From contig CDPCPM010000344.1 of assembly GCA_976551045.1 (NCBI GenBank), forward strand, positions 14,136,001 to 14,200,000: 64,000 nucleotides of DNA, in the 5' to 3' direction. A program made the position numbers and the translations under genes. Shown one piece after another: positions 1-13,526 of the stretch (the first letter of the stretch is position 1; each line of letters begins with the position of its first letter). The notes below the pieces were generated by a model. The model was not told the origin of the DNA. It saw nothing but the letters and a program-made list of their open reading frames with translations, and ran no database searches. The DNA comes from Glaucostegus cemiculus (taxonomy: Eukaryota).

Positions 1-1429
1 TAATAGAGGAATTTTTATATTATATTATTTTTGCTGGATGGGAAGTCACTGACAGAAGCTCAATGATAGTGACACTGATTTGTTTCCAATTCTAATGAGT
101 GGTTTATAATATTCATTTGATAGAGAAATTACAATAATATTGCACAGTTCCTTGAATAGCAAGAACATACAGATAAATGTAATAAACATTTGAAGCTACT
201 TTAATTCAGGACGTGATCTTATGGAGGCACTATGATTAATTTGAACACAGAGATCCAACATAATTTAGTTTTAAATCTTTATGTAACAGATGCAAGTGAC
301 TTCTGTTATCCATCTCTCAATAAATTCTTAATCCAACAGAAGAACAGCTGGGAATCTTTCAGTACTGCTATTGACCACAGACATCACTCAACAATGGCTT
401 AGAATGTAACCAAAAGGCAAAAATTACACACAAGAAAAAAATAAAAATACATTAATATGGCAAATATTGGCAGTTGAAGTATGGTTAGTAAGTTTGCAGT
501 TGGCATCAAAATCTGTGAAATGCACTTTTTAAGTATTTGCCATATAATTGCAATGGTCATTGATCTAAAACAGTGTCTTAGGTGTTGGTAGGACAAACAT
601 GGTATACACATATTAGAGATACCAATACTGAAATTGATTAAAAGGAGTATTTAGTTATGATGTCATAAAGAGCATGATTAACTTTAAATGGCCTTTCCTT
701 CCTGTCAATTTCCCATGATTGTGAGATTTAGTAAACTTTCAGTGTCACAGATTAGTAATTGTACTGTTGTCTATTTCTGCTCCTCCCATGCACCCAACTC
801 TCACTACCACCAATTTCAGATTCAATCAGGGATTTTAAATGCTATCAGCCCCAATTTTTACTTCTTTTCTCAGGTCCAAGCAATTTCCAACTTTGGAATT
901 TAAAGCATGTACCACACAAAAAGTTTGCTTGTTACATCTCCATTTCTATTTAAAGTTTGGCAGTTATCCAAATAAGCAACTTTTGATTGGTATCTGTTTG
1001 TACCTCAACTACAATACCTACAGCATTTCTCTCTTATATTGAATGCTATTTTGACCCAACAAACCATAACTAAGGAGTTATATAGTGTCATGCCTTAATA
1101 TTGCAATAAATCATGTAATCTGAGCACATTCTAATCATAATGCCAAGCTATAACAATAACAAACTATCTCACAGCACAAAATTAACAAAGTTTTTCCCTC
1201 ATTTTACATATGGATGAAAATATTTGATGAATAATAAGAAAGTAAGTAGTAAGCAGGCTAAATCATTTAAGCATACTCAAGATTTCTAAAATGGTTTTCA
1301 TATTTGCCTATGTATAATTCATTTTAAATGAACACAAATGTTTTGATGTTAAACCCATGATACTGTTAGTTCATATAAAATAGGCCTTTACCAATAGAAT
1401 TCTGTTTTTACCACTATGCCACAAAATAA

Positions 1430-2500
1430 AGGCTCTGGAATCAACCAATATCCCAGCAGTATTGAAGGCTTAGACACTAATCTAGACATAGTTCTTAACT
1501 GGACAAATTGTTCCAGTACAGCCACATTACAGGCACCTACCTGACAATACAGAAAATTTCCCAGGTAATGGGAAATAGGGTTGCCCTGACCTCAAAAGAC
1601 ACAACAACCCCAACTGAATAGCCACAGAATTCTACTCTCAAACAGGTGGAAAATATCTTTGACAATGGTTATTTATGTACCAATAACCAGCTCGCTCATG
1701 TGCAGTTTGAATTCCACCAGGACCAATTGGCTCCAAGCTTCATTGTAGTGTTGGGCCAAATACACACAAGAGGTGAATTCCAGAGACAAGGTAATAATGA
1801 CTGCCCTTGAGGCCAAAGCAATTTTTGACCAAATGTGACACTGAGAAGCCATAGTAAAATAAAGACTATGAGAATCAAGGAGGAAAGTCACCATTAGCTT
1901 AAATTGATATTAATGTACATTAATGTAAGTCAAACCTAAGGAAGCTTGTTTTGTTTAACAGTTGTATGATCTCAGTGCCAGGACATCATTTCAGAGCAAT
2001 TTCCTCAAGCCCAACCATCTTTAACAGCTTCATCAATGACCTTTTCTCCACCATGAGGCTAAAAATGAAAATGTTTTCAGATAGTTGCAAAATATTCAAT
2101 ATTCACAGCTACTGAAGCACTCTGTCTGCATACAAGCAGTTCTGGACATCATTCAGGCAAAAACTGACGTGGCAAGTCACCAGGTACATCAGGCATTGAC
2201 CATCACCAAAAGCAAAAGTGGGTCTAAAAACTAACCAGGATATTTACTTAATTTCCTACTGTCAATATCCTTGGGGTTTGGAGGGAGGGAAAGCACCAAT
2301 GAAGCTGAACTGGATAAGGCACTGGTATACAACGGCTAGAAGGGCAAATTAGCAGGGCATCCCCTATAATGAGCAACTCATCTTCTGCCTTCAAAATGCC
2401 TATACATTATCTAAAAGGTACATCTAGAATGGAATACTTTCCATATATCAGGATGTGTGCAACTCTGACAACACTCAAAAAACTTGATACAACCCAAGTC
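1430..2500 (+). mobile_element. Degenerate CR1-like LINE reverse-transcriptase remnant in SPEN intron 3
   Basis: Decayed RT-like motifs (KAxGxxNIPAVLK, LFQYS, WKIxQV, FINDL). Visibly similar to the better preserved copy at 61510-62950 (e.g. ccaggacatc/ccaggatgtc, tcaatgacct/ttgatgagct). No open frame; boundaries approximate. Confidence 0.6.
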
Positions 2501-3099
2501 AGTAGGAATGCCTTCATGAAAATGAATTATAAAAATTGATTTTCTATACTTGTTGAACTTCCCCCAACTTGTTCTAACAATTCTGAATTAACTCATTTCC
2601 AGGTATAACCACACACTGCTTGGTTTCTAATACTTCAAAGTGAGCCTTTTTTTTTTAGATACTTTTAACAATGAACAACAGACTATTTATATTATGAAGA
2701 GCACCACAGCCGTCCAAATGTCCACACCATTATTTGCATACACTTGCCACAGAGGCAATGGGAAATTAATATATTATGACATCAAAAACCAGTTAATTAA
2801 ACTAAAAATCAAACGTGTTCTTCTAGTTTTGGACAGCTTATTGATGCATCATGTTAACTAACTAGGAGTGGAGGAGCCAGCAAATGCATTGTTTTGAACT
2901 CATTTTTAAAAAATGCATTTTACTGAATCAAAACCAGTAAACCATTCCAATTCCTAAATACCTTAACTGTTCACACATTAAAAGTGGAGATCAAATCCAT
3001 GTCATTAAAAGAGCTCAAATCTATTTACTACTTATTACTGTACTAGATATCAGATTTGCAAAACATTTCCATTCAATCTGCAAACAAGACCCTGAGCTT

Positions 3100-3250
3100 C
3101 AAGCTGCCTGCCACATTAATTACCTAATCCAGTTTGACCTCTGTCTTTAGCCCCTTACACTGTTTTAGCAAAGCTCAATGCAAGCTCAAGGTAAAATCCC
3201 TCATCTTCTGACAGGTACATTAAAGCATTCTGGACTAAACAATGTCTTCA
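3100..3250 (+). mobile_element. Possible Penelope-like element remnant (GIY-YIG C-terminal region)
   Basis: gcaagctcaaggtaaaatccctcatcttctgacaggtacattaaagcattctggactaaacaatg resembles the recalled RKLEEQHLIFRLGTLQPSGLNI end of Penelope ORFs. Heavily decayed. Confidence 0.35.
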
Positions 3251-4662
3251 GCCATTTCATATAGCCCACAATTCCAGCCTTTAGAGCTTCACAATCCTAG
3301 CACTCTTAATTGCTTTTTCACCCTTCTCTTTACTGCTGGTAATTTCACATATATAATCATCATCTCCTATTTATACCTCCTGTTACATTCTGCTATTCAT
3401 TACACTGTTACCTCAGTTAGACCTCAGAATGCATTCCTGGGAACAAGAATGCTAATGGAATCAGCCATACAAAAGGTGTCATTACAGCATTATATAGAGA
3501 GATGCAATATGTCCTGTGCTGCTATACAGGAAACCTGGCATGAACTACTGCCCTTCTTGTTGCTATGTACTGCTGTGCTGGAGTCCTCACACAAAATAAG
3601 TCACATCACTGACTTATGTGGAGGCTGCCTGTGACAGCTGGTGTTCGGCAGACCAGGATGAGCAATGTGGTCACTCAGCACTGAGACATAGAGCTTAGAG
3701 TTGCTTCTGGCTGGCACCTACAACCATTGCTTAGTAATTGGCAGCACCTGCTCCATGTGCCGGCTCTCTCATCACCTTCTAACCTGATGGAACCTGCTGC
3801 ATCCCCTTGCTGGGCTAGGGAGATCTGTGCAGGCAAACAAAAGGAGAAGGCAGCTTCCATTACATGCTACAGGTGGCAATGAAGGAAACCGTATTATCTG
3901 CATGGTCTATGAACACATGGAGAAAGTGCTTCCAGTCCCCAGCAATGGCCTGTATTCATTGTGCTAGTCAAGATGCAGCCCTGAATCTAACATCTCCGTG
4001 CTTGGCAGCTGCACCATTCATCAAGCCCACCTAAAATCAGACTTCACTGGCAGTATCTCCACAATAAGGATTTCATTGCTGGATATGTACCAAGGGAAGG
4101 TAGAGATTCACACCAGATTCCCAGCACAGCAAAGTGAAATCTGAGTAAATACATTTTTTTTAAAGGTTATCTGTGAGTGTTCACAGTGGAGGACCATGAC
4201 CACCACAATGAATTAGTGCTTTAAAAGCTCTCAGTGGGGTACTAATGTAACGCCTTTATTACACACTTTCACTTGGTTTCATCACCCTTTCAATCATTTA
4301 AGCACTCTGTCTCCACCCTATCACAGATATTCCCTTATGTTCTTCCTTCTACACCCAACATTTTTGCAAATTAATCTACTTTTTACTGTTAATTTTTCCT
4401 AGCTTTAATGACAGGCTATTATCCAAATACACTAACTGTGTTTCTCTCTCCATGGTTGCTGCCTAACCTACTGAACATTTTGCATTCTATTTTTGGACTG
4501 GTGAACATCCATGATTTATTTAACTGGCACCATAACTGCTCCAAGATTAGTTAATTTGAAAACAGAAACAGTATTCCTATTACATCTACATAAGCAATGG
4601 TGGAAAGAAAATAATGCATATAACCAAGTTCCCAGGAAATTCTTCAGTCTGGGAGTCATCGA

Positions 4663-4975
4663 GTCGTATAACCTACCAATTCCACACCTACCATCAAGTA
4701 CCCATTTACACTAATCCCATTTTATTCACCCCACATTCCTATCAACCTCCCCCACTTGTACCATTCACCTACATTCTGGGGCAATTTACAGTAGCCAATT
4801 AACCCAAGAACCTGCATGCCTTTTGGGATATGGAGGAAACTGGAACACCCACAAGAAATCCACGTGGTCACTAGGAGAAAATGAAAACTCCACGCAGACA
4901 GCAGTAGAGGTCAGAATTAACGCTGGGTCAATGGAACTGTGAAACAGTCGCTCTACTAGCTCTACCACCGTGCTG
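4663..4975 (-). mobile_element. tRNA-derived SINE (HE1-like)
   Basis: Same body as other copies in the window (ggaggaaactggaacacccacaagaaatccacgtggtca...aaactccacgcagacagca). tRNA-like head at the right end on the minus strand. Confidence 0.8.
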
Positions 4976-7900
4976 TTTTGCAAGCACCTTCACAATGTGC
5001 CAAAATCCAAATGAATAACTTCCAAACAACAAATTCTCCTTCACCTTAATGCTTGAAATTAAACTCCACATACTGACAATACTGATTCAACTTGAAAATG
5101 CACAAGCATTAGAAGTGGGTTTGCTTTTAGATATTAATATGGTACTCAAAAAAAAAATGAGACTACTATTCATCTAGGTTCATATAAACTATCAATCAAA
5201 GGAAAGGTTGGCAAAAAATGGAATTCCTATTGTGTTTTGCCTTTTGAAATTGAAAACAGTGGATGTTCCAAAAAGACCAACAGTATTCCACCGTTTAAGG
5301 ATACACAGCATAGCTCAGGAACTTGGCTCCATTTACTTAAAGGAGAACTTTAAAGGGAGACAAGACCTCGTTGCTGTATTTTATGACACAAAAATCTTCT
5401 CATTGGACAATTTCTTTGTAATCCAATAAAAAGCCACTCTAGATCTTGCCAGTTTTTTTTTTAGTTTCATTAAACAATTAAATGTTGAGAACTATTAGAA
5501 AAAGAAATGGGAATAACTTGATATGAATATAAGGGATGGGGATGTGCTTGCAAGCTATTGCAAATTATTTTGTCACCATAACGAAAGTATGGTGTCAGAT
5601 TTTTATGCAATGCATGATTAATGTGGCGTTTCAACCTCCCATCTTCAAGTTTTATTTAAATTAACAAAGTTACTATTTAATTAATTCAGAAATGTAGCCA
5701 TACGATGGCCTGGTGGTCATCATTTGGGTTAATCTATTTAATTTGATCATGGTTGTAGATCAAGATTTTCTCCACAGCTTAATACATAACTTAAACACAT
5801 CCCAAAGGGAAGGTAGGAAAATTGATGGAAAGTTATTTTTAGTTTATTCACTCAACTTTTCTCAGCTGATTATACAATAGCAGAAACATCTTGGGAGCAA
5901 GCTATTCCCTAATCCCTAACAAAGGCACAAGTCATTAAGTGAACAGGAACAGCATCTTTCTTGGTAAGAATACAAGCTAATATCAAGCAACTTAAAGAAT
6001 TTTGTCCCTCTTACATTATCAGAGATATTTAGACTCTGCAACTTTACAAATAAATGACTGAAGCAATTCCTCAGTTAAACCCACACCTCATACATCTTAT
6101 AGAACTTTCTTACAGTTCAGCTTTGCAGATGCTTTTGGTCAGCACCAACGTCTCCTCAAGGTTATAAATGGGGTTGTTAACCATTTCTGTTCCCACAGAT
6201 GCTGCCTGACCTACTAAGTATTCCTAGTAATGTGTTCCAGGATCTGCAGCATTTTGCTCTTTGACTAATAGCTCTTCCTTTGGCTCAGCATTCATAAATG
6301 CCATTAGACTTTTCTCTCCATTAGGCATTATTTAAATACATATTATTTAACAAACTCTGACAGAAGATTATTTTTTAATCTAGTGTCATTTAAATTTGCA
6401 AAAATCATGTATTTAAATGATTCTTTACACTGCAAAGCCAAAATCAAAACACTGCCAATTGTGTGCAATGTCATAGCATTTTGGTGTGCCTGTACTCCTT
6501 ATTTGGTTAATCTGATAGGCTATCTTAAAATTACAAGTAAAAAGAACACAGTGTGGCTTTAGTCACTGTAAACAAATTAATTATGCCGAAGATTCAATGC
6601 TATTTTTTCTGCTGTGAATCTCCTGCTTTGCATTTTGAGGATTAGCCAGGGTAATTAGATGCACCATTTCCATTGCTCATCTACACATGAATCAAGAGCA
6701 ATAAGGTACATAGGGCTATCTCTAAATGGAATACATCCAGAGTACTTATTAATAAATTCATACATTGTTTATTTAACAATAAAAATACATTGAGCCACAA
6801 ATTTAACCAATATCATAAATAATTTAACAGTGTTATGTTTCATTGGCAAATAGGTATTAGCTCTGATATTGTTATTTCATTATTCCAAATTCCAATCTTT
6901 AGTTTATAAAGGATTTGTTGGATATTTTCAGTGCAAAAGTTCAGTAACTGAGACAATCTAACAACCTAAAACAACATCATTTATGCAAGGCTAGCATTTC
7001 ACAGTAGGGGTGGCTGGGTGGGGTGGCAGCAGGGTTTTAAGCTGACGTGGTGGTGGTTGATGTTAAAGATTTTGAATCCTGAACCTCTGGTGAACTTGTT
7101 TAGGAAAGGAGTTGATTAAACAGTTATCCAATAAATGTGACACAGCACAATCAAATATAACCCTAGGAATGGTGGCAGCTGTCAATGTCCTTTCCAACAA
7201 AATCCATATGTTATGCATCACAGCTTATTCTCAGAGCTCTGATTATCTGTTAGAAATGTGTGAATGTGTGATATTTACACATTAAAGGAACATGATTTAG
7301 TTTCATATTTAAAAAGAATCAGGGCCATTAACTTTCATCTATCTTGCATCTACGTAAAGGAACAACAGACTGATATCGACACCACCACAAAATTCCCATT
7401 CATTCAGATCAAAGTACATTTGCATACAACACATCAATGTACTTACTGACCTACATAAAGCATCAAGACACACATTCAATATATTATCATAAGGGTGTAT
7501 TTCCTAAAAGGACTTGAAAAGCAGTGATAGATAAAGATAGGTCTGAAACATCATTTTTCTATAAAACATATGGTCTACCTCACAACCAAAGGCTATTGGG
7601 ACATTTACTCAGAAGGAATCCATTTGCCCAGGTTAACGTATTTCACTCATAGTTGCTGTCCTTTCCTACGTTTAAAATGGGTGCACACTTATGAAGATGT
7701 TATGTCACACAAATGTTCCATGTATATAAAAAGAAATTCAGGAAGTAATAGAAGCTGCACAATTTAATATTTATAAAAATCTATTAGAAAGTGTCAGAGG
7801 ATTGCAGACAGAAAATGCTCGGCTACACTCAAATGGGAAAACTGAATCTGAAACTCAAAAGTAGTGAGCTTAATGAAGATAATGACTTAGATCTTGTGGT

Positions 7901-8749
7901 TATTATGGTATCGCAACTACCAGTATACATTTTAACAATTCTTTACAACCAACAGGAACTTTAAAATTTTCACACACGTACAATTTAATGTAAAAATCCC
8001 AAACTTTCTGCTAGTAATCCAGTGCTTTCATATTTGCAGTTTTCAGCCTGCTCCAGCACAATGAAGAACAATTGCTTGAAATGATATAAATTTAGGCTTT
8101 TTGCAAATTAGCCTCACTACAACATTTCATACTCAGTCACGAGATCATAGTGAATTATGACTAAACAATAATTACAGTAAACATGCATTGTAATTTCCTT
8201 ATATTGTAACCATCTCAAAATATATGGGATTTTAAGATGTTTCTGAAGTTTGTGATATTTCAACTTTAATTGTATTGAATGTGACAATCTTTTGTTTAAA
8301 ACTTCACTAAAATTAACTAAAGGCTACTTCCCAGTATTCTGATTCCAAATTTCTTTAATGAGATTGGCTGTTAAATCAGCCCAATGATATTAAAGCTACT
8401 GGACACAGGGAATTTACTTGGAACTTTTATTTGACAGCAGCATGCATTAGAAATGGAGGAGTTCTCACCATAGAAGTCCGTAGGTATTTTTTGAGGCACT
8501 TTATTTTCATTGGTGGGAACCACCGTCAATTCTTTGCTGACCTTAAGTTCTGGGTCAATGGAAATCTTACTCAATGATGTGGCAAAATAATCATCTAAAG
8601 AACAATTTAGCACCAATTTCAAAAGGACAGGTCATGCTTGACTATTCTTGGTAGAAGTACTAGATGACAGATAAAGGTCCTTAAGCAGGTATAATATATT
8701 TAATAAAATATTCTAAGTCTGAAGTATATTAGAATAATAACTAAGGTAA

Positions 8750-9450
8750 CCTGGGGTTAAAGGCCAAGGAGAAGAATTCATAGTAAGCTGGCAATAAAAC
8801 AAAAAACTTACGAGTTAAAACTGTTTCATTCAGATTAGTGGGAAATCAAAAAATGGTGTGCCACAGCAAATGGCATTGGAATCACCACTGTTAACCACTT
8901 CCATAAACAATTTAGACTTGGAAATCAGAAATACTCTAATAATTGCAATACATATCAATACTGTTTGCTATAAAGTAAACTTGTAGAACTGAAGTGTAAA
9001 TGGCAAATGAATTTCAAAATAGGTAATTAAGATTTGTGCAATATGGCATGAGAAATATGAAGGCTGCATACTTCTTGCAATCAAACCACTGCAAGAAACA
9101 GAAATTAAAAAGTACCACAGTTATATTAAACTTGCGTAGAACCTTGGATAGGTCTCATATGAAGTACTGTGCACAGTTCTGAATTATCAATGGCACTGCA
9201 GAAATGCAACAAAAATTTACATGGATAATACTGAACAAGGTGGAACTTTTCTCTGTAAAAACATTTCAGAAGTCTTGAAAAATATGAAGGGATTTAGGAG
9301 CAGATGTAAACTATATATCTCTGCTTGTGAGATATCTAAAATTAAGAAACATAACTAAACAGCTAGTAATAAATCCACGGAGTAATAAAAGTGAATAGAA
9401 GGGAAGCTATACAGCCATGGATGAGAGAGAAATGAAGGATATGCTGAAAA
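8750..9450 (+). mobile_element. Highly degenerate CR1 LINE 3' remnant
   Basis: Residual CR1 motifs (agtggg...ggtgtgccacag, tggcaaatgaatttcaa, gaagtactgtgcacagttctg). No ORF. Confidence 0.45.
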
Positions 9451-10322
9451 GGCTAGGCAAAGTCTCATAAAACAGGTGATTGTAAAATATGCAAATCACC
9501 AATTTGTACAATGTATGCAGCAATGACCAAGTTGAGGAAAAATAGACTTCATTGCTTTTGTACATGTATAAGAATTTAATATTGCTATCCTGCCACTAAC
9601 TTTATATTCAAATAAAGTCTGAAAGAAAATGGCTTCTAATATTTATAAACATAGGATGTGCAACAGCAGAAATCAGTCCACTGAAAAACTGAAATGCATA
9701 TTTTTCTAATTAGAAAGCATTTGAATAGACTAAGCTGATACAACTATCTTGATGCAATGACTAACCCACACAGAAGGTCACTGTGGCGAGAATACACATT
9801 CAAATGTGTAAGCACTGTTACCAAACTGTCACATGGGGTAAAAGATCATACTCAAACTTACAGTATTATCTTATCTCAAATTGCTACTGCCATCAACATC
9901 ATCAATTTAACGTGTTTTACACAAAATGTTATTTCCAGGTTTAACCTTTTGTAAAAATAACGATGCTCCTTAATGGAAATGGCATGTAAATTATACATCC
10001 TTACCACTGCACATTCATTGAAATCCTAGTAACAAGAGCAAGTTACTTTTGTATCATGGTGGCACAACAAACACTTTGTCACAGGTGGGTTTGTGCTAAA
10101 AATACATTCTTTTCTTTTAAATAACTTTTTGAGAACTCTCCATAATGAAACATGTGGTCCTATAAATAAAATTAACTAGGTGAGTTTTTAAAATATTGAA
10201 TTACCAACTTGTACACTTCACCTTTTCTGATGACTAGTAAAAACGACCAAATGATCCCCTTTATTCTGACGTCAAATGGGATACGTTGATGGAAACTTTT
10301 TGGTATGCTCCTCTCCACCTAC

Positions 10323-10793
10323 CTGTCACTGCTGGTACTACTGCTGCTGCTGACTGAATCACTGCTTGATGACCTACTCCGGGACCCACTGCCACTGGGA
10401 GATCGTCGTGACCGTCCTTGGCTAGGTCGTTGTGGGGACTGGTTTCCTGACCGTGAGGAATGTGGGGATCGACTTCTGCTGTGCTGATAATTCTTTTCTT
10501 GCCGTCTCCCTCTTACTTCCCGAGTAATATCTTCCCTGTAGAGATCTCGGTGTACTACACTTGAAATTGCAAACTGTTCCCTCCCTCTTTGTTCATAACG
10601 TGGATCATGAGCTTCAAATCGAGTAGGACTTCGACTTCTTGACCCATAATAAACTCCATGTTGTATAGTTCGATCCCGAGGATCTCTATAATAATCCTGT
10701 TCATAATGTCTGGGACGATCAAACCCTGCTGTTGTACGATCGTGGTGTCCATAGGCACTATGATCATAAGTACGCTCCCTGTTATCAGAAGCC
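10323..10793 (-). CDS. SPEN: SPEN coding exon 3 (471 nt): R/D/Y-rich and RS/poly-Ser low-complexity region
   Basis: Acceptor aaaacag|G and donor AG|gtaggt, phase 2/2. Encodes ASDNRERTYDHSAYGHHDR...SRSRSP...SSSSDSVSSSSSTSSD, matching vertebrate SPEN. The gene continues beyond the left edge of the window. Confidence 0.97.
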
Positions 10794-11710
10794 CTGTTTT
10801 GTTTGGAAAAGGGGATGGGAAGAGGAAGGAAAAGAATGACAATCAGTCGCTCATTACTCACACAGCAGGAAGATCCCCTAATTGCCCCCTCTAAACACTG
10901 GCAAAATAAGCATTTGACTTTTAAATAGCAAATATATGGAAACAATAAAGAAATTGGCAAAAACATTATGTTCAGTAGCTATTATTAAGAAACTGAATGC
11001 TTTCTTTCAATGCTTATCCTTCACAGTTAACTATCATTTTCTAATGCAGTTGATATTATACTAATTATTAAGCTTATATTTCTTAATTCTCATGTATTAA
11101 AGTTAGGAAAAGATTAATGCAGAACCTGATTTACCAAAGTCTAATTAATTTGCTGCATAATTTACCTCAGTAAAAATAACAATACTCAGAAATGTAGTTA
11201 TTTTAAATTCTGGAATTTCCATAATTCTACTCATATCTTCATAGTTATTTTATATTCAGATCATTTTTAATCACTTCCCATTCTAAATTTCTTCCATGCA
11301 AGATATTATAACAGTATTACTTTTCCACTGACACACTACAGATTCAGAAAACAGAAAACACTGAGTAGCAAAGCCACTAAGCTATGCATAGAGTCAAGTT
11401 GACTTAATCAGCGATGTATAGAACTGTGCTTACAATGTACTGTGGAATCATTTTACACTGACCTTTCAGCAATGAAAAGAAGCAAGCTGATTCCAAATTA
11501 CTGCCATCAGCTGACACACAAAAAAAATATAAATTCCTAATCCATGAAAGACAAAGACAGGCAAAGAAGCTAACAGAGGTGCAAGACAGTGAGATTCTAT
11601 TGACTAAGTGCTGATTGAATTTTTAGCAGTGCTAATGACTACTGGAGTTAGTGGAAAGAAAGGGTTGACTGGGTTAGGAGAGGGGCTAAGATACGCATGG
11701 CAGGGCATAC

Positions 11711-12982
11711 CAACCTTTTTAGACTGCAGTAAACACGACCTAAATCCCAATTAAATCTAGGGAGAGAAAAGTGTACAAACATTCCCAATTTGGTCCCCTC
11801 TTAAAGGGGTAATCCAACTTCGGATAGTGCTAGTGCCGCATTGATTTGGGGATTGTATCAAGAAAACTGAACGCCCAAGAAAGATAAACTTCCATTGCCA
11901 GTGTTACGTACATTCGCCTCAAACAGATAGCTCCCAAAGTTTAATAGTAACTCCCAAACCCCAAGACCTTTCTGAGATGCGGAGTACGTTCAGATGGATG
12001 TATGACGGTAAATAGATGTATCCCAATTCCAGTCGACATTAAGCAACTATACCCGTTACTCCCAGAGCACAGTGCTTTCTTCTAGCAGTAGGCATATAAT
12101 ATCCATTTTCTAGCAGTCAGTTGCCATGTCTTAAAATATTTTCACATTTGATCTGAAAGTTAAAATGTAATGTATCCACTAACAGATTTCCCTTGTTTGA
12201 TAGTCCACTGGTACAATAAGTAGAATCAAGAAGAGTATGAAACACAAACCAGGTAATCCAAACTGCCATACAACTATTTTAAGATGAATGTAATCCCACG
12301 TCGAAGAGATAATGCCCTCCATTCCATTATGCAGGAAAATGAAATTCCAAAGTGTTTGAAAGCTCCTACAATTTAATCGTTGGACCAGAAATATCCATAA
12401 GATCCAATTGGGGTGAATCAAAATAAACAGTACAGATATGTAGACCCTTGTATATGTTACGTTCTCAATTCTTCAGTTTTCCTTCAAATGAATTCATGTT
12501 GAAAATCATTAGCTGTAATATCCTTCAAGGAAAGTAGTAGATCAAAGAGTACTATATCTTCATTGAAATAATTTCATATCCAAAGAACGTGCATCAATAC
12601 CTTACACTTAAGCCAAAGCCAATATGATACTGCAGAAAGTCTTCAATGCACTTCAATATTGCCTCAAACAGTAGGTCTAGTAATTCCATAGTATTCCTTA
12701 GGTTGGTTGTACCAGGATGCAATATCATAGCCACTCAATCGTAGGGATACATCCAGAGGGAACGGCTTGCAATCCATGGAGAAAAGGGAAGCTTATTACG
12801 AGGGTTAACTCCATAGTAACTGATAAAAACCTTCCATCAAACTAACCAAACTTATCCCAGGAGTAGTCATCCAGCCAGCTGCAGAATAGATCCACTGCGA
12901 AGAGGCCAGAGCTGCTACTGGTTTCAATTCTCTTCCATATCCAACAACGACGCGAATGTATAGATTTCCTCATTAAATCCAT
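11711..12982 (-). other. SPEN: Candidate alternatively spliced/poison cassette region in SPEN intron 2
   Basis: Acceptors ttccccag|ATGG (12982) and ttttctctccctag|ATTT (11756). Tandem donors AAG|gttggt (exon end 11715) and TTG|gtatgc (exon end 11711). No recognisable repeats; GGA/GAA-rich on the sense strand; stops in all frames. Confidence 0.55.
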
Positions 12983-13058
12983 CTGGGGAACCTAAACATG
13001 AGTTGCTGCTTCTCACACTATTTATCAAAACCCTGCCTAGAGAAACCTTGGAACTTAC

Positions 13059-13379
13059 CCATCAAGTCTCCGTTCATAACGTCCTTCCCGTCCATGTAGT
13101 GATGGTGGTGGTCCATATGTTGGCCCCCCACCACCTCCCCTGAACCCTGAAACCTCTCTAGTACGAGTTCCTATAGGAACGGTATCATCTAATCCCCGAG
13201 CAGCACTTGGAATAGTGCCAGGCTCATTGTAATCCGTTCGAAGATCTCGGTCTCCCATTTTGTTGACAGAATTGTGCGCTTTCTGTGCACTTTTGATGTC
13301 CACAAAATCCACAAAGGCTGCCACTCCTCCTTCTGAGCCCCTTTTGGGAAGAATTTTGACACTTTCCACACGGCCATAT
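13059..13379 (-). CDS. SPEN: SPEN coding exon 2 (321 nt): rest of RRM1 plus Gly/Pro linker
   Basis: Acceptor ctttctttcag|A and donor GG|gtaagt. Encodes YGRVESVKILPKRGSEGGVAAFVDFVDIKSAQKAHNSVNKMGDRDLRTDYNEPG...GRYERRLDG (RNP1-like AAFVDF). Confidence 0.98.
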
Positions 13380-13526
13380 CTGAAAGAAAGAGAAAAAAAT
13401 AAATATGCAAAATACAAACTAGCCAGGACATGTTACAATCAACATTTTACATAATATTACAATATTCAAACAGTAATATTTTCAACTTTTGCTTTTAGTA
13501 ACTAGAAAGAAATATAAATTCAACAC

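Noticed and set aside
6497-6506. Perfect CArG box CCTTATTTGG in SPEN intron 3
   Set aside because: Isolated. Several such 10-mers are expected by chance in AT-rich 64 kb.
10305-10894. Plus-strand and alternative-frame ORFs over SPEN exon 3
   Set aside because: Shadow frames of the low-complexity RS/Ser-rich coding exon.
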